Origin: Candidatus Iainarchaeum sp.
GTDB taxonomy: Archaea > B1Sed10-29 > WALL01
Assembly: GCA_021162685.1 (NCBI GenBank)
Contig: JAGGYF010000028.1
Coordinates: forward strand, 9,088-73,087
Direction of reading: 5' to 3'
DNA: 64,000 nt
A program made the translations under genes and the position numbers. The notes beneath the pieces were generated by a model. It was not told where the DNA came from, ran no database searches, and worked only from the letters and a program-made list of their open reading frames with translations. This document shows positions 19,872 through 31,150 of the stretch, in pieces; position 1 is the stretch's first letter; the number at the start of each line of letters is the position of its first letter.

Positions 19872-20081
19872 ATGCCAGAAGGAGTACCACGAACTGATGA
19901 AGAAAGAAGGGAAAGGCACAAGGAGAAATATGGAACAGAGGAAATCCCAGAAGAACGAAAAGGAAAGGCATCAAAAGCACTTGAGCAGAAGAAGAATCTG
20001 ATTTTGGCTATAAAGGTAGTGCTGGTGCTTGCAATTCTTTACTTTCTCTGGATAATTGTCAAGAGGGGTTGGGTTACTTGA
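19872..20081 (+). CDS. Small membrane protein
   Basis: SD GGAGGT; charged N-terminus, C-terminal TM helix. Confidence 0.6.
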   Translation: MPEGVPRTDEERRERHKEKYGTEEIPEERKGKASKALEQKKNLILAIKVVLVLAILYFLWIIVKRGWVT

Positions 20082-21322
20082 ACAAGCTGAAACAAGGAGA
20101 GAGGGCAGCAGCAAAAGTGAGTGTGGGAACCCTAATCTTATCGCTAACAAAGGGAATTGTTGGATACATCACAGGAAGCACTGCTCTGGTAACAGATGCA
20201 TTTCATTCCTTAGCAGACCTTATTGCTGCTGCGTCCTCCTGGTTTGGCCTAAAGATCTCACAGAGAAAACCAGATGAAATATTCCCTTACGGATATTACA
20301 AAGCAGAAAATCTCGCTGGTCTGGTAGTTGCGTTGGTGATACTATACGCTGCTGCAACCCTACTTTTTGAAGGATTTTCCCGTATTGGTAAACCTGCAAC
20401 AATACATGAACCAATGCTCGCAATTGCAACGTCTATTGTATCCATTGGAATCGCATTTCTTTTCTATAAATATCTTAAGGCAGTAGGAGAGAAGATCAAT
20501 TCGCCATCGTTAAAAGCAAATGCTAATGATAAACTTGTAGATATGGCATCTTCTTCGTTGGTGTTTATTGCCCTTGTGGCATCTTACCTAAACATACCTT
20601 ACATTGAAGGAATCGTGACAGTATTGATCTCGTTTTTAGTGATGAAAATTGGCCTAGAAACCGCAAAAGATTCTGTTCTGGCACTTATGGATGTCAGTCC
20701 GAGCAAGGATATTGAAAAAAGGCTGGAATCTGTTTTATTATCTGTAAAAGGTGTAAGAAAAATAAAAAATCTCAAGCTTAGGAAAGCTGGGCCATTTGTA
20801 TTTGGTGATGTTGAAATAGAAGTAAAAGGAAGTATTGATGTAAAAAGGGCACACAGTATAACAGAGGAGATACAAAAGAGTGTGAAGAGGAACATAAAAG
20901 AGATAGAGTTCATTACAGTACATGTTGAGCCACATAAACCAAGAAGGCAAAAGGTTGTTGTTCCTGTGGAGAATGCAGATGGTATGCGTTCAAAAATAGT
21001 GAAGCATTTCGGGAGAGCCAGATACTTTGTTCTTGTTGAGCTGGATAATAACAAGGTAAAGAAACACAAGGTAGTAAAAAATCCATTTATTGGTGAAAAG
21101 ATAAGGGCGGGTCTAAAAACTGCTGGATTTCTTGCTGAAAAAGGGATTGATGCTGTGATAACAAAATCAATAGGTGAGATCTCATTCCATACGCTAAGAG
21201 ACCACTTTGTGGAAATCTACCACGCAAAAGGTGAGAATGTTGATGATACTATAAAGCTTTTTATTAGAGGGAAACTTAGACTACTTCGCAGACCGACAAA
21301 AGAAGCTGGCGGAATTGCATGA
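20069..21322 (+). CDS. Cation diffusion facilitator transporter fused to NifB/NifX domain
   Basis: DAFHSLAD; PYGYYKAE; VHVEP; C-terminal HFGRARYF. Confidence 0.9.
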   Translation: MGYLNKLKQGERAAAKVSVGTLILSLTKGIVGYITGSTALVTDAFHSLADLIAAASSWFGLKISQRKPDEIFPYGYYKAENLAGLVVALVILYAAATLLFEGFSRIGKPATIHEPMLAIATSIVSIGIAFLFYKYLKAVGEKINSPSLKANANDKLVDMASSSLVFIALVASYLNIPYIEGIVTVLISFLVMKIGLETAKDSVLALMDVSPSKDIEKRLESVLLSVKGVRKIKNLKLRKAGPFVFGDVEIEVKGSIDVKRAHSITEEIQKSVKRNIKEIEFITVHVEPHKPRRQKVVVPVENADGMRSKIVKHFGRARYFVLVELDNNKVKKHKVVKNPFIGEKIRAGLKTAGFLAEKGIDAVITKSIGEISFHTLRDHFVEIYHAKGENVDDTIKLFIRGKLRLLRRPTKEAGGIA

Positions 21323-22155
21323 GGATATGTATAACAGGAGGAAAAGGTGGGACAGGTAAGTCATTGATAGCAACATCGCTCGCCTATCATCTTGGAAAAA
21401 ATCACAAGGTGCTTCTTGTTGACCTAGATGTTGATTGCCCAAATGACCATCTTATACTGTCAACAAAAAGGGAGGTGTTAAAGGAGGTAAAACAGACCAT
21501 TCCTGTGCTTAACGAAAACAGATGTAAAAAATGTGGGATATGCAGTAATATATGCAGGGAGAATGCCATAGTATTCATAAGAAAACGATTTCCTATCTTC
21601 CTTCTTGACCAGTGTAATGGATGTAAAGCATGTATGGTTGCATGCCCTGCAAATGCAATAGAGGAAGGAGAGCGCGCATATGGTGTAATCTATAAGGGAA
21701 AAAATGAACGGATTGACATGCTAGTAGCAGAACTCGTGCCAGGACAAAAAGAGGGCTCTCCTTTGGTACATGAAGCAATAAAACTTGTGGGTGAGAACAA
21801 AAAATACGATTTTGTTATTATGGATACTGCAGCAGGAATGCATTGTACTGTCATATCTGCACTTAGAGAATGCGACTATATACTCGCTGTAACCGAACCC
21901 ACACCATTGGGCGCACATGATCTCAACCTAATCCTTGATTTAATTGATGAATTAAACATTCCTTCTGGTGTTATATTAAACAAGAGGGGCATTGGAAACG
22001 AGAAAGAGGTAAGAGAAATCACAAAAAGGCATGGAAAGAAGATTGTTGCAGATGTCCCATACAGTAAAGAGGTCATGGAAGCGTATTCCAAAGGCATCCC
22101 AGTACCGATTCGGTTTGTTGAGAAGTTGGTCTCATTTGTGGAGGAGATGAAATGA
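21319..22155 (+). CDS. MinD/CobQ-like P-loop ATPase with 2x[4Fe-4S] insert
   Basis: GGKGGTGKS; DVDCPN; CKKCGIC; CNGCKAC; VTEPTP. Confidence 0.9.
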   Translation: MRICITGGKGGTGKSLIATSLAYHLGKNHKVLLVDLDVDCPNDHLILSTKREVLKEVKQTIPVLNENRCKKCGICSNICRENAIVFIRKRFPIFLLDQCNGCKACMVACPANAIEEGERAYGVIYKGKNERIDMLVAELVPGQKEGSPLVHEAIKLVGENKKYDFVIMDTAAGMHCTVISALRECDYILAVTEPTPLGAHDLNLILDLIDELNIPSGVILNKRGIGNEKEVREITKRHGKKIVADVPYSKEVMEAYSKGIPVPIRFVEKLVSFVEEMK

Positions 22156-22538
22156 AGGGTATATATGTACTCATTATAGATATTTCAAAGGATGTAACAA
22201 TCAGAGTTGGCTCGCTTGGTAATATGCTTTTCAAAAAAGGTACGTATGCATATGTTGGATCTGCCCAAAACAATGTTGAAAAGAGGATTAGAAGGCACAT
22301 GAATAAGAAGAAGAAATTATTCTGGCACATTGATTATCTTCTGAAAGAACCAGGGATTAGAATAAGAAGGGTGTTATACAAAAAAGCACCAAAAACAGAG
22401 GAATGCAGAACAGCATCTGTTATCAGCAAAAGAGGGGAGGCAATTCCACAATTCGGATGCTCTGATTGTAAATGCAATAGCCATCTTTTTAAGATCACAG
22501 AGATGCCACTAAGAGGGTTTAGAGAGGTGATTACCTGA
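22152..22538 (+). CDS. DUF123 / GIY-YIG-like nuclease
   Basis: [32 protein letters not shown]. Confidence 0.85.
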   Translation: MKGIYVLIIDISKDVTIRVGSLGNMLFKKGTYAYVGSAQNNVEKRIRRHMNKKKKLFWHIDYLLKEPGIRIRRVLYKKAPKTEECRTASVISKRGEAIPQFGCSDCKCNSHLFKITEMPLRGFREVIT

Positions 22539-23296
22539 ATCCTATTTACGGTCCTGTACCCTCATGGAGACTTGGAGTTTCACTTGGAGTAGACCCTGTA
22601 TGCAAAATGCCAAAAATTTGCTCATTTGATTGTATCTATTGTCAGTTGGGAAGAACGGTCGTAAAAACGACAAAAAGGGAGAAATTTGTTGAAGCGGAGA
22701 TTGTTCGCAGAGAGTTGAAGAAGGCATTACGTATTGTAACACCAGACGTTATAACATTCTCTGGGGTATCAGAACCAACACTTGCATCAAATATTTCAGA
22801 CATCGTGAATGTAATAAAAGAGGAAACCGATATCCCTGTTGCTATTCTAACAAATGCTTCCCTTATATACAAAAAGGAGGTTATGGACGACCTCATGCAT
22901 TTTGATATTGTATGTGCGAAACTTGATGCTCCAAACCAAAAGATATTTGAGCAGGTAAACAGACCATCATACGGAATAAAAATTGATGATATTATCAACG
23001 GAATAAAAGAATTTAGAAAAGGATTCACGGGGAAACTCGCACTACAAATTATGTTAGTTAACGAAAATAAACCATACGTGAAAGAAATTGCTAACATAGC
23101 AAGGGATATAAAACCTGATGAGATTCAACTTGATACTCCTCTTAGACCCTGTCCTGTACCTGCCCTTCCAGAGGAGGAGATGTATGAGGCAAAGCAATGC
23201 TTTGATGGATTGAATGTGATAATGGTGTATGATAGGAAAAAACCAGAGGCAAAAGCAATAGATAAGTATGAGACACACCTGAGGAGACCCACATGA
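22535..23296 (+). CDS. Radical SAM protein (probable CTG start)
   Basis: [17 protein letters not shown]; CSFDCIYC; FSGVSEPTL. Confidence 0.85.
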   Translation: MNPIYGPVPSWRLGVSLGVDPVCKMPKICSFDCIYCQLGRTVVKTTKREKFVEAEIVRRELKKALRIVTPDVITFSGVSEPTLASNISDIVNVIKEETDIPVAILTNASLIYKKEVMDDLMHFDIVCAKLDAPNQKIFEQVNRPSYGIKIDDIINGIKEFRKGFTGKLALQIMLVNENKPYVKEIANIARDIKPDEIQLDTPLRPCPVPALPEEEMYEAKQCFDGLNVIMVYDRKKPEAKAIDKYETHLRRPT

Positions 23297-24177
23297 TAAA
23301 AATCACAGTAGTTTCTGGAAAGGGAGGAGTTGGAAAGAGTAGCATAGCAGCATCCATGGCACTGGTCTTGTCAAAAAACAGAGATATTGTTGCTGTTGAT
23401 TGTGATGTTGATGCACCAAACCTTGGGCTGTTGCTTGGTGTAAAAAAGGAGGGCTTCTCATACAAAGAAGTAGGTACAAAAGAGAAAGCGTCTCTCATAG
23501 AAGATAGGTGTATAAGATGTAGAAAATGCGTGGATATCTGTGTGTTTTCAGCTATCTCATGGGATAACCTACCGATATTTGATAAATATCTGTGTGAGGG
23601 ATGCGGAGCGTGCCAACTTGTATGTCCTGTTGATGCAATTGAACTCATAAAAGTGCAGAATGCATTTATTGGATTTACTGACACACAGTATGGGTTCCCT
23701 GTTGTTGGTGGTCAGCTAAAACCAGGAGAATCTGGGTCTGGTGATGTAGTAACATTAGTAAAGGAAAAGGCAGAGGAGATAGCTAACAAAAGAGGGATTG
23801 AGACAATGATTATAGACTCTGCAGCAGGTATTGGTTGTCCTGTGATTGCCTCAGTAACGGGTTCAGATTACGTTGTCGCTGTCACAGAACCAACACCCGC
23901 AGCATTTAGTGACCTTAAGAGGGTTTTGGAAGTTGTTGAACATTTCAACATACCATATGGGATAATTATCAATACATGGAACACCAATCCAGCGTTTACA
24001 GAAAAGATTGAGAAATTCGCTTCTGAGAACGAAATAACGTTACTTGGAAAAATCCCATATGACAAAGCCTTTATTGATGCCTTGGTTCAGCTGATGCCTG
24101 TTGTTGCTTACGATAAGAGGTTTAAAAAATTGTTTAAAAGTATTCTAGAAAAAACTCTGGCAGAGGTAGAGAAATGA
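23293..24177 (+). CDS. Second MinD-like P-loop ATPase with 2x[4Fe-4S] insert
   Basis: SGKGGVGKS; DCDVDAPNL; CIRCRKC; CEGCGAC; GIGCPVIAS. Confidence 0.9.
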   Translation: MIKITVVSGKGGVGKSSIAASMALVLSKNRDIVAVDCDVDAPNLGLLLGVKKEGFSYKEVGTKEKASLIEDRCIRCRKCVDICVFSAISWDNLPIFDKYLCEGCGACQLVCPVDAIELIKVQNAFIGFTDTQYGFPVVGGQLKPGESGSGDVVTLVKEKAEEIANKRGIETMIIDSAAGIGCPVIASVTGSDYVVAVTEPTPAAFSDLKRVLEVVEHFNIPYGIIINTWNTNPAFTEKIEKFASENEITLLGKIPYDKAFIDALVQLMPVVAYDKRFKKLFKSILEKTLAEVEK

Positions 24178-24974
24178 AAAGGATTATTATGTTAATGGTG
24201 TTGACTATGCTTTTGGGTTGCATTCAGAAAACAGAAAAATTTGAGGGGGTTTCTGCTGCTTCTGGCAGCATAAGGATCATAACACTTTATGACAACAATC
24301 CTTACGATGAACGTTTTGAAACGGGTTTTGGCTATTCTTCATTAATTCAAGCTGGAAACAATACTATACTCTTTGACACAGGAGGAGATAGCATCACACT
24401 TTTAAGAAACATGGAAAAGGCTGGGGTAAAGCCTGAAACAATAAACATTATTGTGCTTTCCCACATACATGGTGATCATACTGGCGGTCTTCTTGGCTTA
24501 CTTGAGCATACGAAAGCCCCCATTGTATACCTTCCATCATCGTTCCCTCAAGATTTTAAAGAAAAGGTAAAGACCAATGCAAAACTTGTTGAAGTCAGTG
24601 CGCCATCTGAAATAAGCAAGGGGATTTATTCAACAGGAGAGCTTGGAACATGGATAAAAGAACAGTCACTAATCATAAAAAGCAGTAAGGGAATTATAAT
24701 AATTACAGGGTGCGCTCATCCAGGGATTGTTGAAATCGTTAAGAAAGCAAAGGAGATTACTGGCGAAAGGGTTTACTTGGTTCTGGGCGGGTTTCATCTC
24801 AATGGCGCAAGTGAGAATGAGATCAGGAACATTGTTAGGGAATTCAGGGAGCTTGGAGTGGAAAAAGTAGCACCATGCCATTGTACTGGAGAAACTGCCA
24901 CAAAAATTTTTAAAGAAGAATATAAAGAGTATTTCATAGAAAACGGGGTTGGAAAAACAGTAGTGGTAGAATGA
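24174..24974 (+). CDS. Metallo-beta-lactamase fold hydrolase with lipoprotein signal
   Basis: LLGC lipobox; SHIHGDHTGG; GCAHPG; GGFHL; PCHCTG. Confidence 0.88.
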   Translation: MKRIIMLMVLTMLLGCIQKTEKFEGVSAASGSIRIITLYDNNPYDERFETGFGYSSLIQAGNNTILFDTGGDSITLLRNMEKAGVKPETINIIVLSHIHGDHTGGLLGLLEHTKAPIVYLPSSFPQDFKEKVKTNAKLVEVSAPSEISKGIYSTGELGTWIKEQSLIIKSSKGIIIITGCAHPGIVEIVKKAKEITGERVYLVLGGFHLNGASENEIRNIVREFRELGVEKVAPCHCTGETATKIFKEEYKEYFIENGVGKTVVVE

Positions 24975-25804
24975 TTTTGGAAGCTTTAACAGAGACTTTG
25001 AAACTCCTTTTCATAGTTTTTATTCTTATGGTTGTAATTGAATATCTAGTCCTCAGATTTGAGAAAAAGATCAGAAGATATATTACAGGGAATCCTTTCA
25101 CCCAGTATCTTGTGGCATCTGCGCTTGGTGCTATTCCAGGATGTATTGACGCATTTTTTGTCGTCTCTTTGTATACTGCTGGAATAGTAGGCTTTGGGGC
25201 CCTGGCTGCTGTAATGATTTCAACAGCAGGAGACGAGGCATTCATCATGCTTGCTATGATACCTGACACAGCCCTAATAATATTTGGAATCTGCTTTGTA
25301 TTAGGCATTGTTGGTGGGTTCCTCGCTGACATTTTTGTTAAGAAGTTTAACCTCAAACTCAGTAAGAGTTGTTGCGTTCCAGTGCATAAAAAAGAAAAGG
25401 TAATAACATTGAAGCATTTTGTCAAAGAACATGTTCTCGGCCACATAGTGAAAAAGCACATGCCAAAGCTGTTCCTCTGGCTTTTTTTCACACTCCTTGT
25501 TATAAACTGGGCGCTTGCTAACCTTGAATTGCAATCCCTTCTTCCCAAAAACTACCTCTGGCTACTTGTTTTCGCAGCAATAGTTGGGATAATACCTGAA
25601 TCAGGCCCCCATATAATGTTTGTTGTGCTTTTTTCCAAGGGATTGATTCCCTTTTCAGTGCTCCTTGTGAACACTATAAGCCAGGATGGCCATGGTTTGC
25701 TCCCCTTGCTCTCACACTCAATAAAAGACACTATTTACCTACAAGTATTTACAACATTATTTGCCCTAGGGGTTGGAATAATTTTGTTTCTCTTAGGTGT
25801 TTAG
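24971..25804 (+). CDS. Putative heavy-metal/manganese transporter
   Basis: LGAIPGC; AGDEAF; IPESGPH; [10 protein letters not shown]; many TMs. Confidence 0.75.
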   Translation: MILEALTETLKLLFIVFILMVVIEYLVLRFEKKIRRYITGNPFTQYLVASALGAIPGCIDAFFVVSLYTAGIVGFGALAAVMISTAGDEAFIMLAMIPDTALIIFGICFVLGIVGGFLADIFVKKFNLKLSKSCCVPVHKKEKVITLKHFVKEHVLGHIVKKHMPKLFLWLFFTLLVINWALANLELQSLLPKNYLWLLVFAAIVGIIPESGPHIMFVVLFSKGLIPFSVLLVNTISQDGHGLLPLLSHSIKDTIYLQVFTTLFALGVGIILFLLGV

Positions 25805-25806
25805 GT

Positions 25807-26382
25807 ATGTTGGATGAAATTGCTGAAGAAATAAGAAAATGTAGAAGATGTGACCTATGGAAAACGAGAAAGAACACCGTACCAGGAGAAGGAAATGAAA
25901 ATGCAGAGGTCATGTTTATTGGAGAAGCACCTGGGAGAAAAGAAGATGAAACAGGAAAACCATTTGTTGGTGCTGCTGGAGATGTCTTGAACGAAATGCT
26001 TGATGGTATTGAATTGAAAAGAGAAGATGTTTTTATAACAAGTGTGTTGAAGTGTAGGCCCCCAAACAATAGAAATCCTAGACCAGATGAAATTGCTGCC
26101 TGTTCCTTATTTCTTGAAGAACAGATGAGAACTATAAAGCCAAGAGTAATTTGCACATTGGGGAATGTGGCAACTGCCTATCTCTTAAGGAGGTTTGGAA
26201 TGAAACCGCAACCAATTAGCAGAATACACGGAAAACCAATAAATATTGATACACTTGATTTGCATTTCACACTCATTCCGATGTATCATCCAGCAGCTGT
26301 CATATACAATGCTGGGATGAGGAATGCCTTAGTCAACGATTTTAAAACACTGAAGAAAGTGATTTATAGAAGAACGAGGTAG
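25807..26382 (+). CDS. udg: Uracil-DNA glycosylase family 4
   Basis: CRRCDL; GEAPG; PFVGAAG; KCRPPNNR; YHPAA. Confidence 0.93.
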   Translation: MLDEIAEEIRKCRRCDLWKTRKNTVPGEGNENAEVMFIGEAPGRKEDETGKPFVGAAGDVLNEMLDGIELKREDVFITSVLKCRPPNNRNPRPDEIAACSLFLEEQMRTIKPRVICTLGNVATAYLLRRFGMKPQPISRIHGKPINIDTLDLHFTLIPMYHPAAVIYNAGMRNALVNDFKTLKKVIYRRTR

Positions 26383-26383
26383 T

Positions 26384-28447
26384 ATGGTTATGCCTGAGAA
26401 GATACGAAAAAGGGATGGGAGTGTTGTAAAATTTGACCAGAGGAGGATAACAAAGGCCATAGAAAGAGCAATAAAAGCCATAGGAAAAAAGGATGGAAAA
26501 CTTGCTAAAAAACTCTCGGATAGGGTTGTCAAAAAACTTGGAAAGGTAAAAATCACAACAGTTGAGAGGGTACAAGACGTTGTTGAAGAAGTTTTGGTGG
26601 AGTACGGCAATGTAAAACTTGTGAGAGCGTATATTAGGTACAGATACCAACATGAAAAACTTAGAAAAACAAAGAGCCTATTTGAAGAAACCGATAAAAT
26701 CATTGATAGTTATCTGAAACAAAAGGATTGGAGAGTTAGGGAAAACAGTAACATCACGTATTCATTTGCTGGGCTCGTCATGTATGTATCAAATGCAGCA
26801 ATTGCAAACTACACTCTTGATAGAATCTATCCAGCGGAGATATCAAAAGCGCACAAATCAGGAGATATACACATACATGACTTACAGTTCGGATTAACAG
26901 GCTATTGCGCTGGTTGGTCACTAAAACAATTATTGCTTGATGGATTTGGTGGAGTTCCTGGAAGAACATCATCAAAGCCTGCAAAGCACTTTGATACCGC
27001 ATTGTTGCAGATGGTGAACTTTTTAGGTACGCTACAAAATGAATGGGCTGGAGCAATGGCATTTAGCTCTGTTGACACATACCTAGCACCATTTGTAGCC
27101 AAAGATAAACTCAGCTATAAGCAAGTACTCCAGGGCATGCAGAAGTTCATTTTCAATCTGAATATAACATCAAGGTGGGGCGGGCAGACACTATTCACAA
27201 ATGTTACATTTGATTGGAAAGCACCAGAAGACCTAAGAGAAGAGCACATTATTATCGGAGGCAAACAATTAAGGCAGACATATGGCGAGTTCCAAGATGA
27301 AATGGACATGATAAACAAGGCATTCATAGAGATCATGATGCAAGGAGATGCAAATGGAAGACCTTTCACTTTCCCAATACCAACATATAACATAACAAAA
27401 GAATTTGATTGGAATTCAGAAAATGCTGATCTACTGTTTGAGATGACAGCAAAATATGGGCTGCCCTACTTCTCAAACTTTGTTAATAGTGACTTGGATC
27501 CAAAAGATATACGAAGCATGTGCTGCCACCTCAGACTGGATTTGAGACAACTTGAGAGGAATATCACTGGTGGATTATTTGGCTCTGCTGAACTTACTGG
27601 TTCTGTTGGCGTTGTAACCATAAATATGCCAAGGATTGGGTATCTGAGCAAAGATGAGGTAGAATTTTTTGAGAGACTTGATAAACTTATGGAGATAGCA
27701 AAAAACTCATTAGAGATAAAAAGAAAGGTTGTAGCAAGAAACATGGAAAATGGGTTGTTGCCATACTCAAAACGGTATTTGGGCAGTCTAGCAAACCACT
27801 TCTCAACTATTGGTCTTGTGGGAATGAATGAGGCTTGCCTTAATCTCTTCGGAAAGGACATAAGTACCAAAAAGGGAAAAGCATTTGCTGAAAGAACATT
27901 GAAACACATGCTTGAAAGATTGAAGGATTTCCAGGAAGAAACAGGAAACCTCTACAATCTAGAAGCAACACCTGCAGAAGGGTCATCATATAGATTGGCT
28001 TATCTTGACAAAAAGAAGTATCCAAAGATCATCACAGCAAGTAAGGAAGTTCCTAGATATACAAACTCAACGTGGCTGCCTGTGGATAAAACAGACGACG
28101 TTATCTATGCGCTAAAACATCAAGAAGCATTACAAACATTGTATACTGGTGGTACTGTTTTCCATGCATTTTTTGGAGAACGATTGAATAGCGGGAAGGC
28201 ATGTAAGCGATTTGTTAAAAAGGTCATGTATAAAACAAGGATTCCATACCTAACAGTTACACCAACATTTAGTATTTGCCAGGAGCATGGATACATTGTT
28301 GGTGAAGAAAAAACCTGTCCTATATGCGGAAAAGAAACAGAGGTGTATAGTAGAGTTGTTGGATATTTCAGACCAGTAAAGGATTGGAACCCTGGGAAGC
28401 AGCAGGAATTCAAGGAGAGAAAAACATACAATCCAAAGAAGGCGTAG
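26384..28447 (+). CDS. nrdD: Anaerobic (class III) ribonucleoside-triphosphate reductase with ATP cone
   Basis: KRDG ATP cone; IHIHDL; SMCC; EATPAEG; YSRVVGYFRPV glycyl-radical motif. Confidence 0.95.
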   Translation: MVMPEKIRKRDGSVVKFDQRRITKAIERAIKAIGKKDGKLAKKLSDRVVKKLGKVKITTVERVQDVVEEVLVEYGNVKLVRAYIRYRYQHEKLRKTKSLFEETDKIIDSYLKQKDWRVRENSNITYSFAGLVMYVSNAAIANYTLDRIYPAEISKAHKSGDIHIHDLQFGLTGYCAGWSLKQLLLDGFGGVPGRTSSKPAKHFDTALLQMVNFLGTLQNEWAGAMAFSSVDTYLAPFVAKDKLSYKQVLQGMQKFIFNLNITSRWGGQTLFTNVTFDWKAPEDLREEHIIIGGKQLRQTYGEFQDEMDMINKAFIEIMMQGDANGRPFTFPIPTYNITKEFDWNSENADLLFEMTAKYGLPYFSNFVNSDLDPKDIRSMCCHLRLDLRQLERNITGGLFGSAELTGSVGVVTINMPRIGYLSKDEVEFFERLDKLMEIAKNSLEIKRKVVARNMENGLLPYSKRYLGSLANHFSTIGLVGMNEACLNLFGKDISTKKGKAFAERTLKHMLERLKDFQEETGNLYNLEATPAEGSSYRLAYLDKKKYPKIITASKEVPRYTNSTWLPVDKTDDVIYALKHQEALQTLYTGGTVFHAFFGERLNSGKACKRFVKKVMYKTRIPYLTVTPTFSICQEHGYIVGEEKTCPICGKETEVYSRVVGYFRPVKDWNPGKQQEFKERKTYNPKKA

Positions 28448-28454
28448 TGGTTGG

Positions 28455-29159
28455 ATGGAATTTAAAGGATTACAAAAGTTAACATTAATAGACTATCCTG
28501 GAAAATTGGCATGCATAGTATTTACAGGAGGCTGTAATCTCAGATGTCCATTCTGCCAAAACAAGGACCTTGTTCTGAATTATGAAAAACTGCCATCAAT
28601 ATCAGAAGAAGAAATCATTAAGTTCCTTGAATCAAGAAGGAAATGGTTGGATGGGATTGTTATTACTGGTGGAGAGCCAACAATACACAGTGACCTACCA
28701 GAATTTATAAAAAAAGTTAAAGAGAGGAGGTTTCTTGTCAAGTTGGACACAAATGGCTCAAACCCGGCTATGTTGAAGATGCTTATTGAAAATAGACTCA
28801 TTGATTATATCGCAATGGATGTCAAAGCACCATTGGAATGGGAAAAATACAGTAAAGCATCTGGCATAAAAAACAGAGAGATATTTGAGAACATCTTGAA
28901 GAGCATAGACATACTTATGCACTCAAACATTGATTATGAGTTCAGGACAACTGTTGTTCCAGGATTGCACACAGAGGAGGACATCTTAAAAATTGCTGAG
29001 CAGTTGAAAGGAGCAAGGGCATATTATCTACAACAGTTTAGGCCAAGAACTACGTTGGACCCAAACTATGAAAAGATAGAGCCATATCCAAGAAAAATGC
29101 TTGAGAAACTTGTTGAAAAGATAAAAGGTTACTTTAAACATTGTGGTGTCAGAGGCTAA
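28455..29159 (+). CDS. nrdG: Anaerobic RNR activating protein
   Basis: GCNLRCPFCQN; ITGGEPT; KLDTNG; adjacent to nrdD. Confidence 0.92.
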   Translation: MEFKGLQKLTLIDYPGKLACIVFTGGCNLRCPFCQNKDLVLNYEKLPSISEEEIIKFLESRRKWLDGIVITGGEPTIHSDLPEFIKKVKERRFLVKLDTNGSNPAMLKMLIENRLIDYIAMDVKAPLEWEKYSKASGIKNREIFENILKSIDILMHSNIDYEFRTTVVPGLHTEEDILKIAEQLKGARAYYLQQFRPRTTLDPNYEKIEPYPRKMLEKLVEKIKGYFKHCGVRG

Positions 29160-29271
29160 TGTAGAACATTATTGCTAGAAACTGTTTGGTTTCTGTTTAT
29201 TGGTTATCACCAATAACGTTAACCACCAAACTGCCATAACATTTATAAATCCCTTTTTCATTGTTCAGAAC

Positions 29272-29466
29272 ATGGCAAAGAAATGTGAATGTGTGATATG
29301 TAACATGCCGAACCCAATGTTTTGGGGCATTGTCCTGACCATAGTTGGTATAGTGTACATCCTACAAGAGATGGGCACACAGATCCTACCAAAAGGGGTC
29401 TCGCTCTGGTCAGTGCTTGTCTTGATACTGGGTCTGTTCACACTATACCACAAGATACAGCAATAA
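29272..29466 (+). CDS. Small two-TM membrane protein
   Basis: TATA TTTATAAA at 29242; two hydrophobic helices. Confidence 0.6.
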   Translation: MAKKCECVICNMPNPMFWGIVLTIVGIVYILQEMGTQILPKGVSLWSVLVLILGLFTLYHKIQQ

Positions 29467-29505
29467 TCGCAATAAATGCCCCAAAACGCTAGGTGAACCG
29501 TATCA

Positions 29506-29513
29506 TTTATAAA
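29506..29513 (+). promoter_or_regulatory. Archaeal TATA box of rps13 operon
   Basis: TTTATAAA; same octamer precedes rpl7ae (43861), infB (45712), rps15 (56553) and 29272 ORF (29242). Confidence 0.65.
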
Positions 29514-29620
29514 TATAAGTATGCAAAATAATAGGCATCTGGGCGAGTTTGCTATGCAAACGTGGACCCTAGAATAAGTGCTACTTATTCTAGTATGTCC
29601 AAAAACAAAGAGGGATTACT

Positions 29621-30145
29621 ATGGCAAAGAAAGAGAAGGTTGAACCAAAACCAAAGAAAGAGGTAGAGGACAAGAATATAAGAGGGATTGTGAGAATTGC
29701 AGGCAAAGACTTGGATGGCACATTACCTATCCCACGAGCGCTGCTTGGCATAAAGGGAATTGGCCATAATCTCGCACGCTCTATTGCGTACAAGGCAGAA
29801 GAAACCCTTGGTATTCCGTATAATCAAAAACTTGGTTATTTGACAGAAGAACAATCTGAAACACTTGAGAAGATTATATTAGATCCTGTTAAGTTTGGAT
29901 TACCTTCATGGAGTGTCAATAGAAGAAAGGATTACGCAACAGGAAAGGACATTCATCTGACTGGTCATGATCTTGAATTCGCTGTAAAAGATGATATAGG
30001 AAGAGAGAAGAAGATGAAGAGTTACAAAGGAGTAAGGCATGCTGCTGGATTAACAGTTAGGGGACAAAGGACAAAAACATCTGGAAGAAAAGGTGCCACT
30101 GTTGGTGTGCAGAGAAGAAAGAACGTCAAGGGTTCAGGTAAGTAA
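29621..30145 (+). CDS. rps13: 30S ribosomal protein uS13
   Basis: IVRIAGKDLDG; SYKGVRH..GLTVRGQRTK. Confidence 0.97.
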   Translation: MAKKEKVEPKPKKEVEDKNIRGIVRIAGKDLDGTLPIPRALLGIKGIGHNLARSIAYKAEETLGIPYNQKLGYLTEEQSETLEKIILDPVKFGLPSWSVNRRKDYATGKDIHLTGHDLEFAVKDDIGREKKMKSYKGVRHAAGLTVRGQRTKTSGRKGATVGVQRRKNVKGSGK

Positions 30146-30155
30146 GGTGATATAG

Positions 30156-30761
30156 ATGGGAGATCCAAAACGATTGAGAAAAAAATATACTACACCTGGA
30201 CATCCTTTTGAGAAGGAAAGGATTGAAGAGGAAAATAGGTTACTAAAAGAATATGGATTAAAGAACAAAAAGGAGATCTGGAAGGCAAAGAGTAGAATCA
30301 GAAACTTTAGGGCAATTGCGAGGAGATTAGAGGCAGAGAGAGGCCCGCAGAGAGAGACAAAAGAGAAGGAACTTATGAACAAATTGAAGAAAATAGGTTT
30401 GGTAGGAGAGGGTGCAACACTTGATGATGTTCTCTCATTAGAAGTAACAAACATATTGGATAGAAGGCTGCAGACCCTTGTTTTCAAAAAAGGGCTTGCC
30501 AGAACCATAAAACAGGCAAGGCAGTTTATTGTACATGGGCATATCGCAATTGATGGAAGAAAGGTAGATGTTCCTGGTTACATAGTGCCTGTTGATGAGG
30601 AGGGAAAGATTGGATACTATGGTGAACCTCCTGCAGTTATGAGAAAGACTGAAGAGACTATGCCAGCAACAGTTGAGAAAGAACCAGAAACAAAACCAAA
30701 GATAGTTGAGAAGGCGCCTGAAACAAAGCCAGCTATACCTCAAAAGGAGGGGTCTAAATGA
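30156..30761 (+). CDS. rps4: 30S ribosomal protein uS4
   Basis: MGDPK; [10 protein letters not shown]; RRLQT; [10 protein letters not shown]. Confidence 0.97.
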   Translation: MGDPKRLRKKYTTPGHPFEKERIEEENRLLKEYGLKNKKEIWKAKSRIRNFRAIARRLEAERGPQRETKEKELMNKLKKIGLVGEGATLDDVLSLEVTNILDRRLQTLVFKKGLARTIKQARQFIVHGHIAIDGRKVDVPGYIVPVDEEGKIGYYGEPPAVMRKTEETMPATVEKEPETKPKIVEKAPETKPAIPQKEGSK

Positions 30762-31150
30762 GCACAAAAGAGAAGTGGGGGATAGCCCATATCTATGCAT
30801 CAGCAAACAATACAATAATAACAATAACAGACCTTACTGGAGCTGAAACATTTGCTAAGTGTTCTGGCGGTATGGTTGTTGACCAGGACTCAAAGCAGGG
30901 TTCTCCATATGCTGCAATGGAAGCTGCACTAAAAGCAGCTGAACAAGCAATGGCAAAAGGAATAACAGGAGTACATGTCAAGATAAGGGCACCTGGTGGA
31001 CATAAATCAAAGCATCCTGGTAAAGGTGCGCAGGGAGCAATAAGGGCACTAACCAGGGCAGGATTGAGAATAGGAAAAATAGAAGATGTAACGCCAATCC
31101 CACATGATGGAACAAAGGCTCCTGGTGGAAAGAGAGGGAGGCGTATCTGA
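30758..31150 (+). CDS. rps11: 30S ribosomal protein uS11
   Basis: [11 protein letters not shown]; [11 protein letters not shown]. Confidence 0.97.
   Translation: MSTKEKWGIAHIYASANNTIITITDLTGAETFAKCSGGMVVDQDSKQGSPYAAMEAALKAAEQAMAKGITGVHVKIRAPGGHKSKHPGKGAQGAIRALTRAGLRIGKIEDVTPIPHDGTKAPGGKRGRRI

Noticed and set aside
19472-21322. Nitrogen fixation genes
   Set aside because: NifB/NifX-like domains occur widely outside diazotrophs; no nifHDK in the window
26384-28447. Intein in NrdD (also checked aIF5B)
   Set aside because: Protein lengths are normal and no intein splice motifs were seen
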